DNA from: Raja brachyura
Lineage: Eukaryota
Assembly: GCA_963514005.1 (NCBI GenBank)
Contig: OY740797.1
Span: 12,772,001 to 12,836,000, forward strand
Reading direction: 5' to 3'
DNA: 64,000 bases
Position numbers and translations under genes: made by a program. This document shows, one piece after another, positions 46,894 through 57,318 of the stretch. Under the pieces are notes generated by a model. The model saw only the letters and a list, made by a program, of their open reading frames with translations. It made no database searches and was not told the origin of the DNA. Within the stretch, counting starts at the first letter, position 1, and the number at the start of each line of letters is the position of its first letter.

Positions 46894-46999
46894 GCCGCGC
46901 ATGCGTGTTGGCGGGGTCTTCACGAAATCCCTCACCGCAACTCCTCATAAAATAAAGATCAACCTTCGAACTGGTAAGTTCTCGTTTAATCTTACTATT
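46894..46999 (+). repeat. DIRS right ITR plus right extension
   Basis: 33-bp ITR followed by an extension perfectly complementary to the ICR; ends in CTTACT-ATT. Confidence 0.95.
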
Positions 47000-47299
47000 A
47001 TACATTATTGCCACATGTACGTGGGTACAGTGAAATGTTTTGTAATGCATCCAACCCGGTAAAATCATGCAGCCAACCTCACCGAGGCAGTACACAAGTG
47101 TCGCCACATTTTGGCACTGACAAAGTTACAAAAGTTCACCAGTTCAATGATTCTGAGGGTGTGAGATCTATTAAAAAGGATGGAGAAAAGATGGATGGAA
47201 AATAGAAATATAACATCACAAAAAATTCTCAAGTCTCCCTCAGCCCTCCTCCTATTCTTCCTTTCTTCTTCCTGCCCCCCCCCCCCCAACCCACCCTCA

Positions 47300-47385
47300 C
47301 ATCAGTCTGAAGAATGGTTTCGACCCGAAATGTCGCCTATTTGCTTCGCTCCATAGATGCTGATTTTCTCCAGCATTTTTGTCAA
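47300..47385 (+). repeat. Penelope-like pLTR repeat with hammerhead-like core
   Basis: CAGTCTGAAGAATGGTTTCGACCCGAAATGTC. Confidence 0.6.
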
Positions 47386-47514
47386 CGATCACAAAAAAAA
47401 TCTTTATTTTCTTTAAGTGCCATCCTGCTCATATAATTTGTTCAGGTTTGGGTATAAAATTATTTTGTCTGTGAAATGGCCAAAACATTATTTTAAATCT
47501 CCAATAATTTACAA

Positions 47515-48253
47515 CCAAATCAGAATCAGAATCACACTTTATTCGCCAAGTATGTTTTGCAACATACAAGGAATTTCATTGGCCAGGTCAGTCATACAAT
47601 TAAAAGTAACAGATCAGTCAAAAACACATTTTAACATGAACATCCACCACAGTGACTCCTACACATTCCTCACTGTGATGGAAGACAAAATAAAGTTCAA
47701 GTCCTTCCCTTAGTTCTTCCTTGGACGTGGGCCTCGAGCCACTGTTGACGGGACGATCTTGACTCCCGTGGCCAGCGGTGTTCCCGCATCAAGCTCCCGC
47801 ATCAGGGGGATGTCGGCTCCCCCGCGCCGGACGATTGAACCTCGCGTCGGGGCTGGTGAGCCTTTCGCGACGTAGGAGCTCTCGACTCGGCCTCACCCGA
47901 GCCTGCGAGCCCTTGATGTTGATTCTGCGGTGGCTGCGGTGGGAGCGATCCCAGGCAAGGGATCGGCTCCGATGCTAAGTCCGCGCCCCTTGGTGGGGCT
48001 CACGACAATCCGAGGAGGCTTCCAGCTCCATCGATGGTAGACCGCAGAGCCCGGAGAATGTGATCCGAAAAATAATCACATATCCGGCAAGGTAAGAACC
48101 TGAAAAAAAAGTTTCCCCCAATCCCCTCCCCCCTCATAAAACAAACCGAAGAACATTAAAGCAAAACTTTTAACAAACTAAAAAATAACAAAAGAGTGAA
48201 AAGCCGAACAGACTGCCGGCAGGGCTGCCATCTCCCCGGCGCCCCTGCTGGTC
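47515..48253 (-). mobile_element. Non-coding retroposon with GC-rich body and LINE-like (TCTGAT)n tail
   Basis: On -: 5' GACCAGCAGGGGCGCC...GATGGCAGCC, CpG-rich body, AATAAA and (TGATTC)n tail; no long ORF. Confidence 0.55.
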
Positions 48254-48589
48254 TTATGGAGTATATGCAAACTTTGTTTCTGGAGCTGAACAGGCAATTG
48301 AGTTACCAATGCAATACTTCATGAAACTTACAGCGTGTTAAGAATGAGATGCCACTTTTGGAATCGTTTGCAGTGGAACTGGTGAAAATCATCCAGCAAC
48401 CTGTGGCAATTCTCAATTCATACTATCACTTATTGCAAGCTGATGTTTTTCAGCACAACTTAGTCCAATATGTTCTCAAGGTTAACTGAACAATGAGGCA
48501 GCAAATTAATCATTTACAGCCGTCCTTTCAAGGGATTGAAATTTTGATTTGATTTGGCCGTCCCTTAGCCGGTTGGTTTTTTCATAAGA

Positions 48590-48800
48590 CATAGGAGTAG
48601 AATTAGGCTATTTGGCCCATCGAATTCTGTCATTCAGTCATGGCTAATCTATCTTTTCCTGATAACCCCATTCTCCTGCCATCGCCCCATAACCTTTGAC
48701 ACCCTTATTAATCAAATACCCATCAATCTCCCCTTTAAAAATACCCAAAGACGGCTTCTATAGCCGTCTGTGGCACTGAATTCCACAGATTCACCACCTC
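48590..48800 (-). mobile_element. CR1 3' end fragment
   Basis: GTGGTGAATCTGTGGAATTC and CR1 3' UTR on -. Confidence 0.7.
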
Positions 48801-48927
48801 GTGGAACTAAATGCAAGGGAATGTATCACTTCAAATTAAGCCAAAAATTGACTATGTTTTTGTTTAGTTTATGTTTAAGGTAGTCTGCTATAATTGTCTA
48901 ACCACACTTATGTTTGGAACAAATTAG

Positions 48928-49037
48928 GTTGATGAAAGTGTATATCACGGGCATGTGAAACTTATTTCGGACGTGTTGAATTCATTGACAAATCGTGACA
49001 CTGCTGGGAAAGGCATTCTTACCAAAAACGAATTCAG
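48928..49037 (+). CDS. TSNAXIP1: TSNAXIP1 exon (VDESVYHGHVKLISDVLNSLTNRDTAGKGILTKNEF)
   Basis: TAG acceptor, GTTGGA donor, phases 0 to 2; EF-hand-like DxxxKGxLT segment as in human. Confidence 0.92.
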
Positions 49038-49084
49038 GTTGGAGCTGTTAATATTTGATTACGTGGAAAATGTAACCCTTCATA

Positions 49085-50119
49085 TAGCAATGTTACAAAA
49101 TGTTGAGATTTTAAAAATCAAGTCTGCAATTTATCCCATCAGATAAAGCATAAAAAGAAGTTTAATTTGACACCTAATTTACTTTCATATCTTCAGTATT
49201 AAGAAAGTTATGGCCATTTTCATACTCGGAAATGAGCATCTTGCTTCCCATTGCCTTTCAATTGACTTAACTCAAAAGCTGTGATCTGGAAAAGTTAAAT
49301 GTCCATAACATTCTTAAAAATTAAGAGAACTCAATGAAATTTTCAGTTATTATAGATTGAAGCATTCTGAAACAAATATTAAACAATCTTACTTGGATGA
49401 CCTGAAATTAAAGCATATAATTAGTTAGTTATCTAATTGTAGCTAATTACAAAATTCAATGAGTAGATCTAAACATCTATCAATTTCTTAAGAAAAGATA
49501 AACTTTTTTAAAATTGCCTAAGTGTCCAAATAACATTCACACAATAATCCACAATATAACATAATTTTTAAATCTAATTTTCATGAATTTCTGGGCCAAA
49601 TGGAAGGATTTTAGTGTTTTATGCCTGTAAATTAATGGCCATTTAAATCAACTAGCGAGTGGGTTTTAGCGGAATGCGGTGGATTGGAACGTTGCGGTTA
49701 GCAGTGAAGTCGGGGGGAAAAATACTGGGGGTTCATACATTTTTTGGGGAACCCATTTCGCAACATAAAAATATTATTAATGCCTCCCGAAAAACCAACT
49801 TTTAATATAAAAATAAACTATTTACCTTTTTTTCTTCCCTACGCAAAATGCTTCCGGTTGTCTGCGGTCACGGCTTTTGAAGGTGATTTTTAAATTACTC
49901 TAGTTAATAAATAATCTAGAGTAATTTAAAAATACCACCATTGATGAAATGTCGGAGCGATTTTTCTTCAGCAACCAAATCGCCCGACATTCATCGATTT
50001 GTCCTGCCTGTGGAAAAACGGCACTTTAAGCCCGCCCCCCTCTGCAAGGCGCGAAAGTCGCGCACACGGGGAGCGGCAGAAGTGCAGCGCCGGTAAAGGT
50101 AAGTTTTGTAACATACCTA
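49085..50119 (-). mobile_element. Non-autonomous TIR DNA transposon, copy 2 (1035 bp, 7-bp TSD CTTCATA)
   Basis: TAGCAATGTTACAAAA...TTTTGTAACATACCTA; CTTCATA at 49078-49084 and 50120-50126; colinear inverted homolog of 5278-6314. Confidence 0.9.
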
Positions 50120-50649
50120 CTTCATATACACATCACGATAGAAAGAATATCTGCATTGTTAACTGTGAGCTAGGCCTTCGATCCTCAAGTTTCATGGACT
50201 CTTAAACATATTGCTTACAACCATCACTAGCTTTATTCCCTTGGAGTACAGAGTTAAAGCAGAACATATTGTTGGAGCAAACATGATGGTCTAAGTCAAG
50301 CAGTAGTTGTAAACCAGGAGAGAGTGAGGTACCAGGAAATTGCAGATGTGGTTACAAAAAAGACGCAAAGGGCCAGAGTAATTCAGTGGGACAGGCAGCA
50401 TCCCTGGAGAACCTGGATTGGTGACATTTCACCCTTTTTTCCTCGGGAGGAAATGTCCAATACTAGAGGCAATAGCGGTGCACATCAGAGACTACGCAGG
50501 TAGTAGTAGGGGCCTGGGGTAGTGATGGTGGAGGCAATTATGATAATGGTGTTTAAGAGACTTGTAGATAGACACATTGAAGTGCAGAGAATAGAGGGAC
50601 AGGGATCATCAGGCAGATGAGCAGTGCAGCGGTGGAGACAGGCAGTCAT

Positions 50650-51030
50650 TGAGGTACAGCGTTGAGAAGTGTGACAGCCGCAGGGAAGAAGCTGTTCTTG
50701 AGCCTGCTGGTACGGCAGTGGAGGAACCTGTAGGAACCTCTATGGTTGGGGTGTGAGCTGTCCCTGGCAATGCTGTTATGATCCTGGCAATGCAGGCATC
50801 GTTTACTATGGACAGACTCAATGTAGGGGAGTGAGGAGCCTGTGATGCGTTGGGCGATCTTCACCACCCTCTGCAGAGCTTTCTGGTCGGCGACAGAGCA
50901 GTTACCATACCATACTGTGATGCAGTTGGTAAGGATGCTCTCGATGGTGCAGCGGTAGAAGTTCACCAGAATCTGGGGAGACAGGTGGACCTTCTTAAGT
51001 CTCCTCAGGAAGCAGAGACGCTGGTGAGAT
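50650..51030 (-). mobile_element. Rex1/Babar-like LINE ORF2 C-terminal fragment
   Basis: QRLCFLRRLKK...FYRCTIESILTNCITVWYG...RLKNSFFP. Confidence 0.85.
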
Positions 51031-51244
51031 GAAAGTTTGCTGATGTTAGCAAGACGTAGGAGATGTGTCTCACTGGTTTTGCATGTTGAAACTTTGCAGG
51101 GAAAATAAGATAAGAGTAAGCTGAGTCTCAGATATAACAAAATGAGAAAATAAAGTTAAAACCTTTAACCATCACCAATAATGCATATAATATTACCAGT
51201 CTGGTGCCGTCAATTATTGCTTTGGTGAGCAGAGAAATAGATCA

Positions 51245-51560
51245 GGTAGACAGACGCACAGCGTCTCTTGCGCAGAGTAGGGGAATCGAGAACCAGAGGA
51301 CATGAGTTTAAAAGGAGGGGGAAAAGATTTAATAGGAACCTAAGGGATAACTTTTTCCACAAAAAAGGATGGTGGGTGAGGTTGTTGAGGCAGGGACTAT
51401 CGTAACATTTAAGAAACATTTAGACAAATACATGAATAGGACAGGTTTAGAGAGTTTTGGACCAAATGCAGGCAGGTGGGACGTGTAGATGGGACATGTT
51501 GGCCGTTGTGGGAAAGTTGAACCTGTTCAAGGGCCTGTTTCCATGTTGAACGACTCTATG
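51245..51560 (+). mobile_element. CR1/HER1-type LINE 3' fragment
   Basis: GESRTRGH-like coding remnant and GGGCCTGTTTCCATG tail. Confidence 0.7.
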
Positions 51561-52593
51561 AAATAAATTGGGTGTATGTTTCCTGAAAGGCATTAACTGT
51601 TCTGTTTAGTGCAATGAGTATCAGACTTTGGGTGGGGGTTTGGGGAGACCGCTCATCAGCTTTCCATTCTGGAACCTGTTATGATCTCCCACCAATGTCG
51701 CTGCTCCCTATATTATATTGTATTGTATTTTAAAATGTTTTTATACCACAAACTGATATTTGCCAAGATTACAATCTACCCAAGGATAACTTAAATGTTA
51801 AAAGAAGGAACTGCAGATGCTGGTTTACAAAAAAAGGCAGCGTTGGAGTAACTCTGCGGATCAGGCAACATCTCTGGCGAACATGTCCTCCAGAGATGCA
51901 TCCTGACCTGCTGAGTTGCTCCAGCGCTTTATACGTTAGGTATTTCTTGGTAGTTCTCATCCTATTCTAGTTATTTCCAAACTGACAAATTGTCTGTTTT
52001 TCGTACTTCTGTCCTGCAATTGCTATTTATTTTCCCCATCGCCATCACTTTTGTGAAAGATAGACACATGTGCCTGAGTAACGGGGCGGGTCAGACAGCA
52101 TCTCAGGAGATAAAGAATGGGTGACATTTTGGTTTGGGAGCCTTCTTTAGACTGCAAGTAGAGGGGAGGGAACTAGAGGTAGGAAAATCCCAGAACAAAG
52201 AAGGGCTAGCAGCAGATGACCAAGGAAGGGTGGAGCCCTTAAAGCCCATTGTTGGCTGGGGAAGAGGTGGTAACAAAGGCCCTGTTGCGACTGGGGGAGA
52301 GGGAGCAAGAGCGGAACTATGGCATACAGTGGAGACTTGTGTGAGGGCCACTATTTTAGTATATCTTGCTACTAAAGCAGGCAAACCGTGTGTTGAACAT
52401 TTCTTCCACTAGAAAGTACCCCATTCAATGCAATACTTAATTTCTTCACTGGAATATAAACCTGAATTATGTGTTCAAGTCCCAGACACGAAGCTATCAA
52501 TAGCACTAAATGGTCATAAAAATATTTACATTTTCTCTTCATATTTTGGCGAAAGTAGTTAAATGTGTAACTTTGAAAACTTGTTTCTTGCAG

Positions 52594-52714
52594 TCAAGCC
52601 ATAAAGTCAGCCCTTCCAAATAAGGGTGGAAATTCCATCACCGAGCTAATCGCTGCAGCAACAACCGAACTTGGGGACAGCAAGAAAATTAGTTACAACG
52701 CATTATTTACAGAG
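52594..52714 (+). CDS. TSNAXIP1: TSNAXIP1 exon (QAIKSALPNKGGNSITELIAAA...YNALFTE)
   Basis: TTGCAG acceptor, GTAACC donor; resembles human LKSTFPLK...YRSLFME. Confidence 0.92.
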
Positions 52715-53266
52715 GTAACCTAATGGTGCAGTCACACCAACACTAACAGAGTTCAAAACACCATATTCAAGAATATTCAGTCTTGCAGCTGGATGTCCAA
52801 AGACAACAGTTTCCACCATGTTATTTATCAAAAAACGTTCTCAGTTTACAAGGGAAATCTAATAGTACAATGTGTGAGGTGGGGGTGGCGGGTAGGCATT
52901 AGGCCCCTCTCTCTGTCTCTCCCCGTTCTCTCTCTGCCCTCACTGTGTACCACCCCCCCCCCCCCCCCCGTCTCTAGATGCGTCTTTGAGTGGGGGGGCT
53001 ATGCGTCAGTGGATAGGGCGGTTATGGGGTAAAAGGAGCAAATTAATAATGTTAATATAATCCAACTTAATGCAATAAAAATGTCTATGATTTTACTTAG
53101 TACCATTTCCAAAGGAAAATTTTGCTTGTAGGTTTTTGTTATTTTAAAATAATTTAAATTACCCCTCATTCAGCATTGGAGGAAGGTTTCCCTGAGCTCA
53201 CAGAAAAGCTCTGGGTACAATTAATAATCTTGTTTTTCATTTTATTCTTCTTCTGTTGCTTTACAG

Positions 53267-53373
53267 CATGGAGATAGCACACCAGCAATGTTTATTACAT
53301 TGTTACAACGCCAGTACACTGCAGAGAGAACAAAGTACATTGGTGAACTAAGAAATGTATTGGAAGATAAAGA
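53267..53373 (+). CDS. TSNAXIP1: TSNAXIP1 exon (HGDSTPAMFITLLQRQYTAERTKYIGELRNVLEDK)
   Basis: Long polypyrimidine tract + CAG acceptor, GTAAGA donor, phases 0 to 2. Confidence 0.92.
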
Positions 53374-53519
53374 GTAAGAGACAGATCTTATTATGGTTTT
53401 CACTCGAACAGATAGATTATTTATGTATTGAAAAAGGCATTATACATGGTTGGCTGCAAGTTACAGAAGTTAAATTGTGCAGTTCTGATTTCATAAATCA
53501 GTTGACTTTCAACATGTTT

Positions 53520-54135
53520 TTGAAAGATACAGGGTAAAACGCAGGCCTATCGGCACACTGACTCCAGGCCAACCATCGATCACTCGTTCACACAAGCTCT
53601 AGCTGATCTCACTTTCACATCCACCCATTACACACTTGGAGCAATTTGCAGAGGTCAATTGACCTGCAAACTCGCATGTCTTTGAGGTATGGGTGGAAAC
53701 TGGAGCACCCAGAAGAAACCCATGCAGTCACAGGAGAATGTGCAATCTCCGCACAGACAGCACCCAAGATTGGGATTGAATCCGGGTCTCCAGCGCTCAA
53801 GGCAGCAGGTCTGCCAGCTGTGCCACTGTGCTTCCCTTGTCACGAACCTCTAACGTTAGTTCAGGGATACAGCGCGGAAACGGGCCCTTCAGCCCACCGA
53901 GTCCGCGCCGATTAGCACTATCCTACACTCTAGTGACAATTTACAATATTTACTGAAGCCAATTATCCTACAAATCTGTACATCATGTGTGGAAGGAAAC
54001 CAGAGCACCTGCAGAAAACCTGATTGGTCACAGGGAGAACGTACAAACTGTACAGACAGCACCCGTATTCGGGATCGAGCCCGGGTCTCTGGCGCTGGAA
54101 GGCAGCAACTCTACCGCTGTATCATCGCGCCACCC
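53520..54135 (-). mobile_element. Two tandem HE1-type SINEs (~53520-53830 and ~53858-54135)
   Basis: Two consecutive SINE cores and tails in reverse orientation. Confidence 0.78.
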
Positions 54136-54423
54136 TCCAGCTATTATCACTTTAACCATTGATTTAAAAAAAATGTTGTTAAACAATACGCCATCAACTT
54201 AGTAGATAGCTTAGGTTATATGATGGTATTATGTATCATAATAGAAATTAGATTACTGATTTTCTAGGCAGCAAATTAATGGGCAACTATAGTTTGTTGC
54301 GATGATCACAAATAACAACAGTATTTAATTCAGACAGTTTTTGTTGGAAGGTATTTCATTGAGTTTCAGAGAATTGTTGGAAGGTATTTCCTAAAGTTTC
54401 AGAGAATTTAGTTCACTTTAATA

Positions 54424-54520
54424 CAGTAAACCCTTGTTATAACGGACTATAGGAGGGGGGGGGGGGGGGGGGGGGGGGTGGTGTCCATTATTGCCGATTG
54501 TCTGCTATAACCGAGTAAGA
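54424..54520 (+). mobile_element. Tc1/mariner (pogo/Tigger-like) MITE left end
   Basis: TA|CAGTAAACCCTTGTTATAACGGAC terminus; right end not found. Confidence 0.45.
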
Positions 54521-55323
54521 TATTATCATTGTCTGTAGCTGAAACAAAGATCTGCAGATGGTGGTGAATACGCAAAAGGACACAAAGTACTGGAGTAACT
54601 CAGCAGGTCAAGCAGCATCTATGGAGAACATGGATAGGTGACATCGGAACCCTTCTTCAGACTAATTCAGTCTGCTGAGTTACACCAACAGTGTAATTTC
54701 ATCTTAAAACTAGGCACCAAAGCCACTTGTCTGCACCAGCGATCCTTTCATCATCCACCGCACGGTCCGGTTGAGACGGCTCGTATTGTAGCAGCTGACC
54801 GATGGTGCTTTCTTCAGGCCCCGCTGCCTGCGACAGGGCAATGTGAGGCTCCCTCCCCTCTCACCTGCTACTGCTTCTTCCTGTTGACTACCGCCGCCTC
54901 ACCCGCAATCGCTGACATCTTCCAAGGTGGAGTACGTTGGCGACTCCAGGGGAGGAGGAGGGATTGGTGGAGTGGACAAAGCGACGGGCGAAGGAGGAAG
55001 CAGCAGCGATGGAGCGGACAGAGTGACGGCCACCAGGAAGAAGCAGCAGCTGGTGAGAGGAGAGGGAGCCCCACTGTGACCGAGTGCGAGCTGTGAGTAG
55101 CAGTGGCCTGAAGAAAGGTCTGTCCCCAGGGGCTACTATGTGCGGCGCGTCAACCGGACCATGAAGTGCGTGAAGAAGGACTAGCTGGTGCAACGAAAAA
55201 TTCTCTCAGCATTGATCTGTGGAGATCTTTTGCTAGCAAACAATAGTGATATACAATGTTGTACTGAAAAAACCCAATAGAAAACTAAGTACGTTTTGAA
55301 TGTAGGCCAGTGTGGAAAACTCA

Positions 55324-55840
55324 AGGGGCTGTCCCACTTAGGCGACCTAATCTGCGAGTTCTGGCGAGTTTTCCCTCGACTCATACTCGCAGCGTGGTCG
55401 ACACGAGGTCGTAGGAGGTCTTCGTAACTCTCCTTCATGCTCAAGTGGTCTGCATGCACTCGAGGCCTCATGTTTTTTTCAATATATTAAAAAATGCTCG
55501 TGAGTAAAAAAAGGTCGCCATGGAAAAAAATCGATACTTTTTTACTCATAGGTTTAGTCATAGTAGGTCATAGCAGGGTGGCATGTTAGTCGTAGGTAAT
55601 CGAGGGTAGTCGAAGGTAGTCGTAGATAGTCTTCATCATAGTCGTAGGGAGGTCGAAGGAGATCGTCTTCACACTCTTTACTATTCGTTGTCCAATTTTC
55701 CCGAAGTTAGTCGTAGCAAGTCGAAGCTGGTCTTCAACATAGTCGAAGGAGGTCTTCTACATAGTTGAAGGTCTTCAACATGTCACTTTTTCAAACTCTT
55801 CTAAACTCGTCAAATAGGTCACCCAAATGGGACAGCCCCT
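55324..55840. mobile_element. Harbinger MITE related to the 10854-12368 element
   Basis: TIRs AGGGGCTGTCCCAC.../...TGGGACAGCCCCT; 3-bp TSD TCA; GTCGAAG/GTCGTAG subterminal repeats. Confidence 0.85.
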
Positions 55841-57086
55841 TCAGTTTAAAAATATCACGACACTGCTTCCTTCATAATTTGCTCTCTGACAATTTCCCCA
55901 TCTAAGCTGCTTTCCAATTTGTTCCAGATCCTTTTAAAATTCATTCAATAGACTTCATTGTGAAATCAGCTAATGCTATGGGAACTGAAAGTACAAATAT
56001 TTCCAGTGGGGCATCTAGGCACAATCCACGTTCATTCATTGACTGAAATGAACATACACTAGTTCCTTGGATGGCTTATAAAAATATAAGAATGCAAACA
56101 TACAGGTTGGTTAATCAAAATGTCATCCTGAAAAAAACATGTATTTAACAGATGTTGCTATCCTAATGGTGAAGGGAACTGTGATTATTTTGCAACTGCA
56201 GCTTTTGGTATCTTTTATTTTGCTCAATCAGAAAGGCACTCATGTAATAAACCTTTAACTAAAAATTGTATCCAGGCAAAAGTTACAGAATTTTTGTTGA
56301 TTTGATAAATTATACACAACAGTGATATGGAGGGAAATGGACAGGATGGGATAATGGGTGAAAAGTTAAAGAGAGGGGGAATAAGAGGAAAATCAAGGAC
56401 TCCTCACTCCTCCTCTCCCTCCCTTTACTGGCACCCTTTTGTTTCCATTTTACCATGAGCCTCTAACCTATCACCGCCCTTATGCTGATCTTTCCCCCTC
56501 ACCTGCATCCATCATTTGTCAGCTGTTGTTCACCTCCCTTCACCAACTATCTTCCCTCGACCCCATCAATCTGAAGAAGGGTCCGAACCCAAAACGTCAT
56601 CTGTCCCTTTCTTTCCACAGATGCTGCCTGATCTGCTGAGTTGCTCCAGCACTATTTTTGTTTTATGCAGCAGTCGACATTGTATCAGTGTCAACTGAAT
56701 ATCAAAAAAATGGAAAGGAGAGCCATGCAGCTAATTGTTGCTTTCATATTCATAAATAGTATTATTTAAACTGGAAACAATATATTCTGATGCAGAGTTA
56801 AACTGTCCAAGGGAGAATCATAAATATCCCTTAAGGCACACAGTACTTCAGGTCTGTTTATATATTAATCTAATCAGAACAAATGGCTTTAGAAATTCAA
56901 AATAGCATTCTCTCGCATATTCTCAAATGCTCTTTATAAGTGTAAATTAAAATTGGGCCTTCTAGGAAGTGTGTCCTGGGAAACCAATGATGCTAAAGGG
57001 ATTCTTATTGTCAAACGTGTATATAATTCATGTAACACATAAGCAGAAGAAATATTAATTGTGTCTTACCTGTTATTTATCCAAAG

Positions 57087-57285
57087 GGAGCTGACTGTAA
57101 GTGACCTAAAAATGGCTTTTGAAACGATCGATCCTTCTATCGGCACACAAACCCTGAGTACATATTTAGGTCAAGGTTTCCAAACTACAGGTGAATCACT
57201 TGCTGAGGCTTCTGTGGCAGACATTGACACTATATTAGACAGACTACAAGCAAGTGATGTGAAGAGGATAGGACCACCTCGATAG
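57087..57285 (+). CDS. TSNAXIP1: TSNAXIP1 last coding exon (ELTVSDLKMAFETIDPSI...DRLQASDVKRIGPPR*)
   Basis: AG acceptor, TAG stop; resembles human TIDPSLDKQT...ERLQVIDIRRVGPR. Confidence 0.95.
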
Positions 57286-57312
57286 TACAGATATTTTTAA
57301 ATTGGTATTTTA

Positions 57313-57318
57313 AATAAA
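57313..57318 (+). terminator. Candidate polyadenylation signal of TSNAXIP1
   Basis: AATAAA 27 nt after the stop codon. Confidence 0.55.

Larger units (their letters stand above)
41621..46999 (+). mobile_element. Complete DIRS1-like tyrosine-recombinase retrotransposon (5379 bp)
   Basis: gag, RT/RH/MT and YR ORFs; 33-bp ITRs; ICR complementary to both termini; ATT at both ends. Confidence 0.97.
7106..57285 (+). other. TSNAXIP1: TSNAXIP1 gene span (translin-associated factor X-interacting protein 1), 15 coding exons visible; 5' exon with start codon not identified
   Basis: 15 AG/GT-bounded exons join in consistent phase (1960 nt total) into one ORF resembling human TSNAXIP1 as recalled (e.g. 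YREVFEYFIEDLKTYKPLL, DPVKLKLALK, YGDVIPRREFE, DVKRIGP). The neighbour CENPT matches human gene order. Confidence 0.95.
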
